Source: Thiothrix sp.
GTDB taxonomy: Bacteria; Pseudomonadota; Gammaproteobacteria; Poriferisulfidales; GCA-002705445
Length of the DNA stretch: 64,000 nt
NCBI GenBank assembly: GCA_038141665.1
Contig: JAYQIN010000002.1
Span: 208,263-272,262, forward strand
Reading direction: 5' to 3'
A program made the position numbers and the translations under genes. Below the pieces are notes generated by a model. That model saw only the letters and a list, made by a program, of their open reading frames with translations, searched no databases and had not been told where the DNA came from. Positions 40,651-50,525 of this stretch are shown here, piece by piece (the first letter of the stretch is position 1; each line of letters begins with the position of its first letter).

Positions 40651-41646
40651 TTATGTCCTTAATAAATTAGATATCTTGTTATTCAACATTATTTTTATAT
40701 CATTATCAACAATAATTTTTGTAGGGATATAGTATGTATTTATTAATTTAAAATCAGAACATTTTACAAAATCCTTTTCTGTCATAATAATTTTTAAATT
40801 ATCCTTGAAGTCAAAATCATCGCGGCTAAGAAGTTGATGATCTGGATATATATGTGGAATTACATCTAAATTATATCTTCTTAAACTTTTTATTAAAAAA
40901 TCAGGGTTAGCAATAGCGGTAACAAGATGAATACTAGTTCCACTGAATTCAGATATATTAAGTTTGCTTTCATCGAAAGAAATTAGCTCTTTAATTTCAT
41001 AATAAAAGCCTGGTAATTGAGAATGCATAGATTTGTTAAAAATGATGTTATCGTACTTTTCAATATTGTAAGGGAGCTCTCTTAAAGGGCCTGAAGGAAT
41101 TGGTAATCCATTTCCGAAAGGTTTTTTTTCTTTGACGATAACTATATTGATATCTCTTTTTAAAGCATAATGAGTTAATCCATCGTCTGATATTATTATA
41201 TCAAGACTATAATTTTTAACTAAATACTCGTAAGCACCTTTTCTATTTTTTGACTTACAAACTATCGCATTAGTTTTGTTAGCTATTAAAATAGCTTCAT
41301 CACCAACATTACTTGGGGTTGAATTTTCATCTACTATTTCAATTTTATGTGGTTCATTTGTTTTGTATCCTCCAGAGATTACTCCAATATTATATTTTCT
41401 TGAGTTTAAATAATTGGCAAGCCAAATAACTAGTGATGTTTTTCCAGTTCCACCCACGGTCAAATTTCCAACAACAATAACTGGAACAGTATTTCTTTTT
41501 TTATTTATAAAAATATTTTTTTTTATAAAATTTACTAATAAATAAATAGCTGAAAATGGTAATAATAAAATATTTAAAATATATATTTTTTCTAATGAAT
41601 AAATATAGAATTTTTTTAAAATTGGTAATTTTGATTTTTTAGACAC
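40651..41646 (-). CDS. lpxK: Tetraacyldisaccharide 4'-kinase
   Basis: P-loop VGNLTVGGTGKTS; 331 aa; downstream of msbA. Confidence 0.85.
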   Translation of the reverse strand: MSKKSKLPILKKFYIYSLEKIYILNILLLPFSAIYLLVNFIKKNIFINKKRNTVPVIVVGNLTVGGTGKTSLVIWLANYLNSRKYNIGVISGGYKTNEPHKIEIVDENSTPSNVGDEAILIANKTNAIVCKSKNRKGAYEYLVKNYSLDIIISDDGLTHYALKRDINIVIVKEKKPFGNGLPIPSGPLRELPYNIEKYDNIIFNKSMHSQLPGFYYEIKELISFDESKLNISEFSGTSIHLVTAIANPDFLIKSLRRYNLDVIPHIYPDHQLLSRDDFDFKDNLKIIMTEKDFVKCSDFKLINTYYIPTKIIVDNDIKIMLNNKISNLLRT

Positions 41647-43394
41647 TATTGAAATATTTGTGAATTATAAAGTTTGTGGTAGTCGCCTTTCTTTTGAATT
41701 AAATCTTTATGATTTCCTACTTCTATTATGCTTCCATTCATCATTACAACTATCTTATCTGCATTTTCTACTGTTGATAGCCTATGTGCAATAACAATAG
41801 TAGTTCTGCCTATTTTCAAGCTATCAAGTGCTTTTTGTATATATTGTTCTGATACAGCATCTAATGAAGAAGTTGCTTCATCAAAAATTAGAATATGAGA
41901 GTCTTTTAAAAATGCTCTTGCAATAGCTAATCTTTGTCTTTGGCCTCCAGATAAGAGAACACCATTTTCTCCAATCATAGTATTAATTCCTTCTGGCATA
42001 TCATTAACAAAATCTAATGAGTAAGATTTTTCCAAGGCTTCAATTATTTTCTCATCACTTGAATTCTCTTTTCCATATGTAATATTATTTTTAATAGTAT
42101 CGTTAAATAAAATTGTATCTTGACCAACATAACTTATATTTTTTCTTAATGTATCTATTGTTAAATCGTTTATGTTTACATCATCTATACTTATTACTCC
42201 AGATGATAAATTATAAAGTCTAGGAATCAAATTAACGAGTGTTGATTTACCACATCCTGACATACCAACTAAAGCTACGAATTTTCCTGATTCTATTTTC
42301 AAATTTATATTATTTAAAATATTTGAGTCAGAACTATCATATTTAAAAATCACATTACTAAATACTATACTATTATTAATATTAATATTATTTATAGTGC
42401 CATTATCAAATTCTGATTTTTCATCTATTAATTCGAAAATATTTTCTCCGGCAGCTATACCTTGTTGCAGTCTTGCATTTATACTTGCCAAGCCTCTTGC
42501 TGGCCCTAAAATCATAAACATAGCAAACATAAATGATACAAATGAACCGACAGTAATTGTTTCTAAGATAAAATCAAACGTTGATAACAATATTATACCT
42601 GATAAAGATGAGCCAACTATCAACATTATAACTGCGCTATTTATACCTTCTGTAAGAGCTAATTTCATATGACTATCTTTATTAAAATTATTCGTACTTT
42701 TAAATCTATCTATTTCTTTTTCATAGCCTTTAAAAATTTTCACTATTTTATTTCCTTGAATAACTTCTTGCGCTACATGAATAATACTTCCAACTGAGTT
42801 TTGAGCATCATGTGTAAGATTTCTAAACTTTTTATTTAATGCACTAACAAGAATAACTATAAATGGAGCGGCAGTCATAAAAAATAAAGTTAATTCCCAG
42901 CTTAGATAAAGCATCCAAATCAATAGACCGATAATTGTTAATGTATCTCTTATTAGAATAATTAAACTTCTTGATGCAACAGATGAGAGTAATTCAACAT
43001 TATGAGAAATACGTGACATTAAGTCTCCAGATGATGATTTATCATAAAACGATATTGGCAGACTTAATATTTTATTAAACATCATTTCTCTTAATCTATA
43101 AACAAGTGTTCTTCCAACTTTTGCCATATAGAATATAGTTAGGAATATTCCAATAGATCTTATAAAAAAAATTGAAAATAGTCCTAGAGGCAATAAATTA
43201 ATTACAGATTGGTCTCTTTCTATAAATCCACCATCTAATATAGGTTTCATTATAGCTGATAAAGCCGGATCACTTAGCGCCGTAATAATCATCCCAAAAA
43301 TTGCGATTGATAAAGGAAAACTATTATTTTTTAGCGCTATACCAATCAATCTACTATATATAGCCCAGCCGTTTTTTTGATTACTTTCTTTCAA
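41646..43394 (-). CDS. msbA: Lipid A export ABC transporter (permease-ATPase fusion)
   Basis: 582 aa: a 6-TM domain plus an NBD with Walker A (GMSGCGKST), the signature LSGGQRQR and Walker B (ILIFDEATS). Confidence 0.9.
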   Translation of the reverse strand: MKESNQKNGWAIYSRLIGIALKNNSFPLSIAIFGMIITALSDPALSAIMKPILDGGFIERDQSVINLLPLGLFSIFFIRSIGIFLTIFYMAKVGRTLVYRLREMMFNKILSLPISFYDKSSSGDLMSRISHNVELLSSVASRSLIILIRDTLTIIGLLIWMLYLSWELTLFFMTAAPFIVILVSALNKKFRNLTHDAQNSVGSIIHVAQEVIQGNKIVKIFKGYEKEIDRFKSTNNFNKDSHMKLALTEGINSAVIMLIVGSSLSGIILLSTFDFILETITVGSFVSFMFAMFMILGPARGLASINARLQQGIAAGENIFELIDEKSEFDNGTINNININNSIVFSNVIFKYDSSDSNILNNINLKIESGKFVALVGMSGCGKSTLVNLIPRLYNLSSGVISIDDVNINDLTIDTLRKNISYVGQDTILFNDTIKNNITYGKENSSDEKIIEALEKSYSLDFVNDMPEGINTMIGENGVLLSGGQRQRLAIARAFLKDSHILIFDEATSSLDAVSEQYIQKALDSLKIGRTTIVIAHRLSTVENADKIVVMMNGSIIEVGNHKDLIQKKGDYHKLYNSQIFQ

Positions 43395-43442
43395 ATTCTT
43401 ATATATACTTAATTTACTATTTAAAACACATATTTTACATCA

Positions 43443-43940
43443 ATGATTAAAAATGTAATCAAAAGATTATTTCCAAAGCTAGATGCTGTAAAAGAGGAAA
43501 AAATCTTAAAAATTTTTGGGCCAGCTGTTTTACAACCTAATTTATGGCACATAAATAAAAAATCTGTTTCCAGAGGTTTTGCAATTGGTGCATTTTGCGC
43601 CTTTCTACCAATTCCAGGCCAAATGATAATTGCCGCTTTTCTTTCCATAACTTTTGCTGCAAATCTTCCTATATCTGTTATTTTAACATGGATTTCAAAT
43701 CCCTTTACTTATACTCCGATATTTTATTTTGCATATAAGATTGGAAAAATTATTATAAATGCAGATATTAATGTAGATGAAAAACAAATTGATATACTTT
43801 CAAACATCAAAGATATATGGGAGCCTTTACTCTTAGGATCAATTATACTAGCAATTATAGGTTCAATAATAAGTTATATTTTGATTAGAGTATATTGGAG
43901 GTATTACGTCATTAAAGTTTGGTCAAAAAGAAAAAAATAA
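43443..43940 (+). CDS. DUF2062 membrane protein
   Basis: 165 aa; the motifs RGFAIGAFCAFLPIPGQM and WISNPFTYTPIFY match the DUF2062 family. Confidence 0.6.
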   Translation: MIKNVIKRLFPKLDAVKEEKILKIFGPAVLQPNLWHINKKSVSRGFAIGAFCAFLPIPGQMIIAAFLSITFAANLPISVILTWISNPFTYTPIFYFAYKIGKIIINADINVDEKQIDILSNIKDIWEPLLLGSIILAIIGSIISYILIRVYWRYYVIKVWSKRKK

Positions 43941-43944
43941 AAGA

Positions 43945-44613
43945 CTAAATATTTACTAACTTACCATTTTCAATCATTAAACTCATATCAAGTTTTGAAG
44001 CAATATCTAGATCATGTGTAGCCATTATCAAACTTGATTTGTTATAGCTTACCAAATCACTTAGTAAAGAAAAAATATTATTAGCATTTTTTTTATCAAG
44101 ATTTCCAGTAGGCTCATCAGCAAAAATAATTTTCGGCTTATGAATAATTGATCTTGCGATTGCAACCCTTTGACGTTCTCCACCGGAAAGTTTGTCAATT
44201 TGAAAATCTCTTCTATTATGCATATCAATCTGTAAGATTACTTCATTAACACTTTTTTCAATATAAGATTTACTTTTATTAGCTATTTGAAGAGGTAGGG
44301 AGATATTTTCTTTTACTGTTAATTCATTTATAAGATGGTGAAATTGGTATATAAAGCCTATTGTATTTAATCGTATTTCACATAATTTATTTTCACTATA
44401 ATTTGACAGTAACCTTCCGTCTAGTTCAATAGTTCCAGAATCTGCCTTATCTAGTAAAGATAGAACATGCAGCATGGTACTTTTTCCACTTCCAGATGCC
44501 CCTATTACTGCCATTGTTTCTGAGTCAGAGATTTTTAAATTTATATCATCTAAAATATTTATTTTGTTATTTCCATCTGAGTATGATTTATTAATATTTT
44601 TACAAACTAACAT
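43945..44613 (-). CDS. lolD: Lipoprotein-releasing system ATP-binding protein
   Basis: ABC ATPase with GASGSGKST, LSGGERQR and IIFADEPTGNLD; next to the lolC/E permease. Confidence 0.85.
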   Translation of the reverse strand: MLVCKNINKSYSDGNNKINILDDINLKISDSETMAVIGASGSGKSTMLHVLSLLDKADSGTIELDGRLLSNYSENKLCEIRLNTIGFIYQFHHLINELTVKENISLPLQIANKSKSYIEKSVNEVILQIDMHNRRDFQIDKLSGGERQRVAIARSIIHKPKIIFADEPTGNLDKKNANNIFSLLSDLVSYNKSSLIMATHDLDIASKLDMSLMIENGKLVNI

Positions 44614-44614
44614 A

Positions 44615-45859
44615 CTAATTTCCTTTGAGTGTTTCTGCGGGCATTGTTTTTGAGGCGTTTAACGATGGGTAAATAGTTGCCAAAATAGAAAGAATAAATG
44701 AAGCTAAAGAAACATATATTAGATCAAATATTTCAACTTTAGCTGGAACAGAACTTATCATATATATATCAGAATCAAGTATATTTCTTCCTAAAAAGTA
44801 TTCTATCAATCTAACAATATAGTCTAAATTAAATGATATTAATAAACCTAATATTACTCCAAGTATAATGCCAGCTACCCCAAGAAGAGTTCCTTGCAAT
44901 ATAAATATTTGCATTATGCCTCTTGAATGCATTCCTAAAGTTTTTAAAATAGCAATATCAGATTTCTTTTCTGACACAACCATAAACAATGAAGATATAA
45001 TATTAAAAGTTGCTACCAAAACTATGAGAAGCATCAATAATAAAAGCATTGTCTTTTCCATTTGCAATGCATTAAAGAAGTTTTTATTCATCATAGTCCA
45101 ATCTATAACTATATAGTCAGATTTATATTTTGATCTAATAATATTTGACATGCTTGGTGATAAAAATAAATCATGGAGCTTTAGTCTAAGCCCTGAAACA
45201 TTTTTTCCTGTTCCAAATAATAGTTGAGCTTCTTTAATATCAATAAAAACTAAATTTTTATCATACTGCTGCATTCCAAAATTAAATATTGATGAAACTT
45301 CAAATCTTTTTATTGTAGGGACAATTCCTATTATTGTTGAATTGGCTCTAGGTATTACTAAAGTTATCTTATCACCAATACTTAAACTCATTTTCTTTGC
45401 TAAATCTTTTCCAATAGATATTTGATAAGGTTTGTTTCCTATTTCATCAAGATTTCCGTTTATAATATTTTTTTTTAAGCTTGTGACATTTTTTTCGTAC
45501 TCTGGAATAATTCCTTTAACTTGAATACCATGCACATTGTTACCAAAGCTTATCATAGCTTGTCCTTCAACATAAGGAGCTGATCCATATACAAGATTAT
45601 TTTTATCTATCTTAGATTTAATCTTATTCCAATCTTTTAAAATATAATTTTCTTCAGTAATAATAACATGAGACACCATGCTCAATATTTTATTTCTCAT
45701 TTCATTATGAAAGCCATTCATAATTGACATTACAACTATAATTGCTGCAATTCCAAGAGATATACCTATGACAGATGATTTAGATATAATAGATGTAAAT
45801 CTACTACTTTTCTTTGATCTTAGAAACTTATAAGCTATGTAAAAGGATGTGTAATTCAT
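44615..45859 (-). CDS. lolC: Lipoprotein-releasing system permease LolC/E
   Basis: 414 aa with a MacB-like periplasmic domain and an FtsX-type 4-TM topology. Confidence 0.8.
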   Translation of the reverse strand: MNYTSFYIAYKFLRSKKSSRFTSIISKSSVIGISLGIAAIIVVMSIMNGFHNEMRNKILSMVSHVIITEENYILKDWNKIKSKIDKNNLVYGSAPYVEGQAMISFGNNVHGIQVKGIIPEYEKNVTSLKKNIINGNLDEIGNKPYQISIGKDLAKKMSLSIGDKITLVIPRANSTIIGIVPTIKRFEVSSIFNFGMQQYDKNLVFIDIKEAQLLFGTGKNVSGLRLKLHDLFLSPSMSNIIRSKYKSDYIVIDWTMMNKNFFNALQMEKTMLLLLMLLIVLVATFNIISSLFMVVSEKKSDIAILKTLGMHSRGIMQIFILQGTLLGVAGIILGVILGLLISFNLDYIVRLIEYFLGRNILDSDIYMISSVPAKVEIFDLIYVSLASFILSILATIYPSLNASKTMPAETLKGN

Positions 45860-46401
45860 TATTCCCCATCTACTATTGAATTAATTTTTATTAGCACATA
45901 ATTGGATGGTTTAAGATTAATGGTGCCTGAACTTCCAATAAAATCACCAACCATTATCATAGCTTTTTTATGTTTAGATATTCTAGCTTCAACAATAATA
46001 TCTTTTGCTGAAGATAATGTGTGTGATTCAATCATGCTCATTGTATTATCTAGTCTAACAGTATAGTTTTTTTTTGATTTAATAACATCAAAAATATTAA
46101 TAGCTAATGGGATACGCATGCCATTTTTATTTCTTGCATAAACAAACAAAACCTCATTTCCTTCAATTTTAGATAAAATATCTTCATGAATTGAAACCGT
46201 TATATCAATAATTGGCTCTTTAGATTGAAAATAATATGAAATTTTATATCTAATGTATTCACTTGAGTAAGAGTATATTCCCAGTGATAAAAAAGGGATA
46301 AAAATAATCAAAAAAATATAAATTTTTTTCAGATTCAAGTTTTTACTTAGTGGTTTAGGTTCCTGATTTTTTTTAAAATTTATTTCATTTTTTCTATTCA
46401 A
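45859..46401 (-). CDS. Hypothetical membrane-anchored periplasmic protein
   Basis: 180 aa with one N-terminal TM helix. Both ends overlap a neighbour: its stop with the lolC start (ATGA) and its start with the ccmH stop. Confidence 0.4.
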   Translation of the reverse strand: MNRKNEINFKKNQEPKPLSKNLNLKKIYIFLIIFIPFLSLGIYSYSSEYIRYKISYYFQSKEPIIDITVSIHEDILSKIEGNEVLFVYARNKNGMRIPLAINIFDVIKSKKNYTVRLDNTMSMIESHTLSSAKDIIVEARISKHKKAMIMVGDFIGSSGTINLKPSNYVLIKINSIVDGE

Positions 46402-46765
46402 ATTTTTTTTTATTTTTTTTAAAAATAAAGTATATATAAAGAGCGGAAACTAAAAGAATAATAAAAGGGCTATACCATAAAAACCAAGTAGATTTTTTTA
46501 GAGGAGGATTATATAAAACATAATCAGTGTATCTATCAGACATGAATTTATATATTTCGTCTTCATTCTTACCAAGATCTAACATTGTTTTTACTTTTGC
46601 TCTTAAGTCTTTTGCTAAATTTGAGTCAGATTCGGAAAGTGATTGATTTTGACATACTAAGCACCTAAGATTCTCAATAATTTCATTGTATTTTCTTTCA
46701 TCTAAGGCATGCGAAATATTTTGTGAAAAAAGTATAACTAGTATAAGTATAATTTTTCTTTTCAT
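46394..46765 (-). CDS. ccmH: Cytochrome c-type biogenesis protein CcmH/CycL
   Basis: Signal peptide, the LRCLVCQNQSL (CxxC) motif and a C-terminal TM. Confidence 0.85.
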   Translation of the reverse strand: MKRKIILILVILFSQNISHALDERKYNEIIENLRCLVCQNQSLSESDSNLAKDLRAKVKTMLDLGKNEDEIYKFMSDRYTDYVLYNPPLKKSTWFLWYSPFIILLVSALYIYFIFKKNKKKFE

Positions 46766-47280
46766 TATTTTAAGTTTGGTAATATTACTTTATTATAATA
46801 ATTTTCATCTATTGGTCCAACGTGTTTGTGAATTATAATTCCTTTTTTATCTATTAAAAAAGTTTCGGGAGCACCATAAACTCCAAAATCAATTGCAATA
46901 TTTCCTTTGTTGTCATATATATTATATTTGTAAGGGTTTCCTCTAACTTTCAACCATTCTAAAGCTGAACCTCTATTATCTTTATAATTTAAACCATATA
47001 TGTTGATAGTGCCACGTGAGTAAATATCTATTAAATGCTTGTGTTCTATACTGCATGCATAGCACCAGCTTCCCCATACATTAAGAATGTGCATTTCTCC
47101 AAGTAAGTCATTGTTATTAATTTTCTGATTATCAATTAAAGTGATAGATGAAAAAGTTGGCATTGCTTTACCAATCAAAGGAGATGGTATTAGCGTTGGA
47201 TCTTTGTTTAAACCACTATAAAGAAAGTATAGTATTACTAAAAAAATTAATATAGGTAAGACAGAAAGTTTATGAAGCAT
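46765..47280 (-). CDS. ccmG: Thiol:disulfide interchange protein CcmG/DsbE
   Basis: Thioredoxin fold with WCYAC and a GVYGAPETFLID motif. Confidence 0.85.
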   Translation of the reverse strand: MLHKLSVLPILIFLVILYFLYSGLNKDPTLIPSPLIGKAMPTFSSITLIDNQKINNNDLLGEMHILNVWGSWCYACSIEHKHLIDIYSRGTINIYGLNYKDNRGSALEWLKVRGNPYKYNIYDNKGNIAIDFGVYGAPETFLIDKKGIIIHKHVGPIDENYYNKVILPNLK

Positions 47281-49223
47281 TAGTAATTTTTTTTTCTATT
47301 TTATTTCTGCCAAATATACCAAATAAACCACCTAAAATCATTAATCCAACACCGTACCACAAGAATTGAATATATGGCTTATAATATATTCTTACAACCC
47401 ACGAATCTTTTCCAATATTTTCACCCAATGCTAAGTATATATCTCTGAAAAGACTAGAATCTATAGCAGCCTCTGTCATAACGTTTTTTTGAACACTATA
47501 GGTTCTCTTTTCAGGAAAGAAAGATACTAAATAATTATTATCTAAATAAGCATCAAAAATTCCAACCTGAGAAGTGTAATTTTTAGAAAATTTTGTTTGC
47601 ACATCAACAAATTTTATAGAAACATTGCTAATCATTACTTCTGAATTCTTATTCATTACTATTTCTTTCTGAATTGAATAATAATTACTTATAGTTATTC
47701 CAATAATTAGAACTCCAATACCTATATGTGATAAAAGATTCGCTAAAGATGATGCTGGTATATTAATAATTTTTTCTATAATTTTTTTGCCGTTTGAGAT
47801 CTTTGAAACTTGAAATATCTTTATAACAGAAGATAAAATAGTAAATACTGCTAAAAACATTGCAAGATATACAATAAGAATATCAGTTTCATAATATATA
47901 CTTAGAAATAAGTATGAAATTATAATTGAATAAAATAAAATATAACTAAGTTTCTTGACTAAAATTTTGTGATTTGATTTACTCCAACTGCTATATATGG
48001 CTGGAGACATAAGGAAAACTATTGGAAGTGTCAATGCCGAAAATATAAAATTAAAATATGGCGCTCCAACAGAAATTTTACCTAAATTTAACGAACTGGT
48101 AACTAAGGGATACAAAGTTCCAATTAATATTGCAAAAGTAGTAATTGTTAAAAATAGGTTATTCAATAAGAGTAAAAATTCTTTTGATGATACAGAATAT
48201 TGCTTATGAAATATTAAATTACGCGACTTTAAAAAATATAACGCTAATGAAGAGCCAATGATTGTTGTTAAAAATATTAATATGTAAAGACCTCTCTCGG
48301 GGTCATTTGCAAATGCATGTACAGAAACTAAGATTCCTGACCTAACTAAAAATGTTCCAAGCAAACTTAGTGAAAAGGTCAATATAGAAAGTAAAATACT
48401 CCAGTTAATAAATATTCCTCTTTTTTCAGAAACTATCAAAGAATGCAATAACGCAGTTATAGCTAACCATGGCATAAAAGATGCGTTTTCTACTGGATCC
48501 CAAAACCACCAGCCTCCCCAACCTAACTCATGATATGCCCACCAGCTTCCTAGAGAAATTCCAATTGTTAAAAACATCCATGATGATATCACCCATTTTC
48601 GTAACCATGATATCCATTCAATATTAATACTTCCATGTAAAAGAACGGAAATAGCAAACACAAATGGTACGCTTGTGCCCACATATCCTATGTATAACAT
48701 TGGAGGGTGTATTATTAAACCTGGGTCTTGTAAGAAGTGGGTTAAGGTCTCTTCCATTTAATGGAATAGGAAAAACTCTATCAAATGGGTTTGAACTAAA
48801 TAGTATAAATATTAAAAAAAATAATAATAAAAGACCCATTATAGATAACATGTCAACTATAAGTGTTTTGGGCATACTTTTAGAAAATATTGCTATTAAG
48901 GAACACCAAATTGACATAACAAAAACCCATAATAATATTGAGCCTTCATGTGCACCCCATACCGCAGAAAATTTATATACATTCTCTAAATTAATATTTG
49001 AGTTATTTGCAACATACCTTAAAGAAAAGTCATCAATTAAAAAGGCGTAAGCAAGAATAAAAAAAGAAGTAGCAATAAATATAGAAGTAATGTAGGAAAA
49101 GTTCCTGCAAAAAATAAATCTCGAGCTAATACTTATAGTATTTTTAAAAAAAATAAGAGCAAACATGCAAAATGAAAGTGAAGCTGAAATACTTAGAAAA
49201 ATATTACCTAATTCATTAATCAT
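47270..49223 (-). pseudogene. ccmF: Cytochrome c heme lyase subunit CcmF, interrupted by a 1-nt frameshift (probably a sequencing or assembly indel)
   Basis: ORF 48624-49223 has the N-terminus through ...NPFDRVFPIPLNGRDLNPLL. ORF 47270-48757 continues with QDPGLIIHPPMLYIGYVG and WGGWWFWDPVEN. The two frames meet at ctt-ctt-a-caa-gac (about 48730-48732), where one extra base breaks DLNPLLQDPGL. Confidence 0.85.
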
Positions 49224-49228
49224 AATAC

Positions 49229-49672
49229 TTAATTATCTCCTTCTTTAATTTCCATCATATCTGCGACTTCAGGCGGCATATAATTTTCATCATGCTTTGC
49301 AAGAACTTCGTCTGCAACAAAAGTATTATAATTTATTAGTTTTCCAGTCATAACAACTCCTTGTCCTTCAGCAAACAAATCTGGGAGTATTCCTTCATAT
49401 AGAATATTTATATTCTTTTTTAAATCGTGAATAATAAAAGACGACTTTAAACTGCCCTGTTCTCTCGAAAAAGATTCCTTCTTGACCAATCCTCCAATCC
49501 TTATGAAGGTATTCACGGGTGCCTCTTTTTTTGCTATTTGAGATGGCGTGTAAAAATATACTGAATTTTTGCTAAACGCATATATTAATAATCCACTAAA
49601 GCTAGAAAATGCGAAAAAGAAAACACAAACCCTTATTAATCTATTTCTACTTTTTTTTGTTAATTTTATCAT
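49229..49672 (-). CDS. ccmE: Cytochrome c-type biogenesis heme chaperone CcmE
   Basis: 147 aa, N-terminal TM and an OB-fold with FRIGGLV. Confidence 0.85.
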   Translation of the reverse strand: MIKLTKKSRNRLIRVCVFFFAFSSFSGLLIYAFSKNSVYFYTPSQIAKKEAPVNTFIRIGGLVKKESFSREQGSLKSSFIIHDLKKNINILYEGILPDLFAEGQGVVMTGKLINYNTFVADEVLAKHDENYMPPEVADMMEIKEGDN

Positions 49673-49802
49673 CTTTATTTCTTAATTCTTTTTTTAAAGA
49701 AAAATGTGGTAATAGGTAACCAATAAATAATACTACTATTGAAAATATATATGCTATATAAACAAATGCTGTATGTTTACCCATATCTAAAAATTCAATC
49801 AT
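49647..49802 (-). CDS. ccmD: Heme exporter protein CcmD (small, absent from the ORF track)
   Basis: A 51-codon ORF, MIEFLDMGKHTAFVYIAYIFSIVVLFIGYLLPHFSLKKELRNK..., with a single TM, sits between ccmC and ccmE and overlaps both, as ccmD usually does. Confidence 0.6.
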   Translation of the reverse strand: MIEFLDMGKHTAFVYIAYIFSIVVLFIGYLLPHFSLKKELRNKDDKINKKK

Positions 49803-50523
49803 TACGATATTCCTCCATCCATTTACTATTTTTTTCTCTAAGATATATTCCTAGCCTTATTCTTTTTATGATCACCGTTAAAAAATATATATTGAAAACA
49901 AAAAACATATAAAGAAGCGGCATTAACATTGATATATGAGCTGATGGTTTTTCAAATTTTGTAACAGTCGGACCTTGGTGAAGAGTATTCCACCATTCGA
50001 CAGAGTAGTGAATAATTGGAATATTTATAAGTCCAATAATTGCTAATAAAGATGTGATTTTAACAGCCTGCCTTTTATCTTTAAACGAAGCATAAAGAGC
50101 AATAACTCCAATATACAAAAATAGTAAAATTAATTCTGATGTTAATCTTGCATCCCAAACCCAATAAGTTCCCCAAGTTGGCTTACCCCAAATCATGCCA
50201 GTCACTAGAGCTATTATTGTAAATAAAGCTCCAATAGGAGCTGATTGGATGCTTGCAATTTCCATAATTTTAACTTTCCAAACAAGAGCAATAAAACCTG
50301 TCACGGCCATAAAAATATATGTTTGAAGTGAAAGCCATGCCGCTGGAACGTGCATATAAATAATTCTATAGCTATTACCTTGTAAATAATCTTCTGGAGC
50401 AATAAATAATCCCCAAAATATACCTACACTGAATAAAACAAAAGAAAATACAGATAAAAAGAAAGTAATATTCTTTGTTCTAGTATAGAAAAACTTTAAA
50501 TTTGCAATTTTAGAAATATTCAT
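49795..50523 (-). CDS. ccmC: Heme exporter protein CcmC
   Basis: WGxxWxWDARLT tryptophan-rich motif. Confidence 0.9.
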   Translation of the reverse strand: MNISKIANLKFFYTRTKNITFFLSVFSFVLFSVGIFWGLFIAPEDYLQGNSYRIIYMHVPAAWLSLQTYIFMAVTGFIALVWKVKIMEIASIQSAPIGALFTIIALVTGMIWGKPTWGTYWVWDARLTSELILLFLYIGVIALYASFKDKRQAVKITSLLAIIGLINIPIIHYSVEWWNTLHQGPTVTKFEKPSAHISMLMPLLYMFFVFNIYFLTVIIKRIRLGIYLREKNSKWMEEYRND

Positions 50524-50525
50524 AG

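Noticed and set aside
43421-43648. 75-aa minus-strand ORF
   Set aside because: It overlaps the well-supported DUF2062 gene (43443-43940) on the opposite strand and its start coincides with the msbA upstream region. It is judged spurious.
45859-46401. Calling the ORF between lolC and ccmH CcmI/CycH
   Set aside because: It is only 180 aa with a single TM and has no TPR repeats. Position alone is insufficient.
48664-49050. 128-aa plus-strand ORF spanning the ccmF break
   Set aside because: It is antisense to ccmF coding sequence on both sides and has no recognisable family. It is not the cause of the ccmF split.
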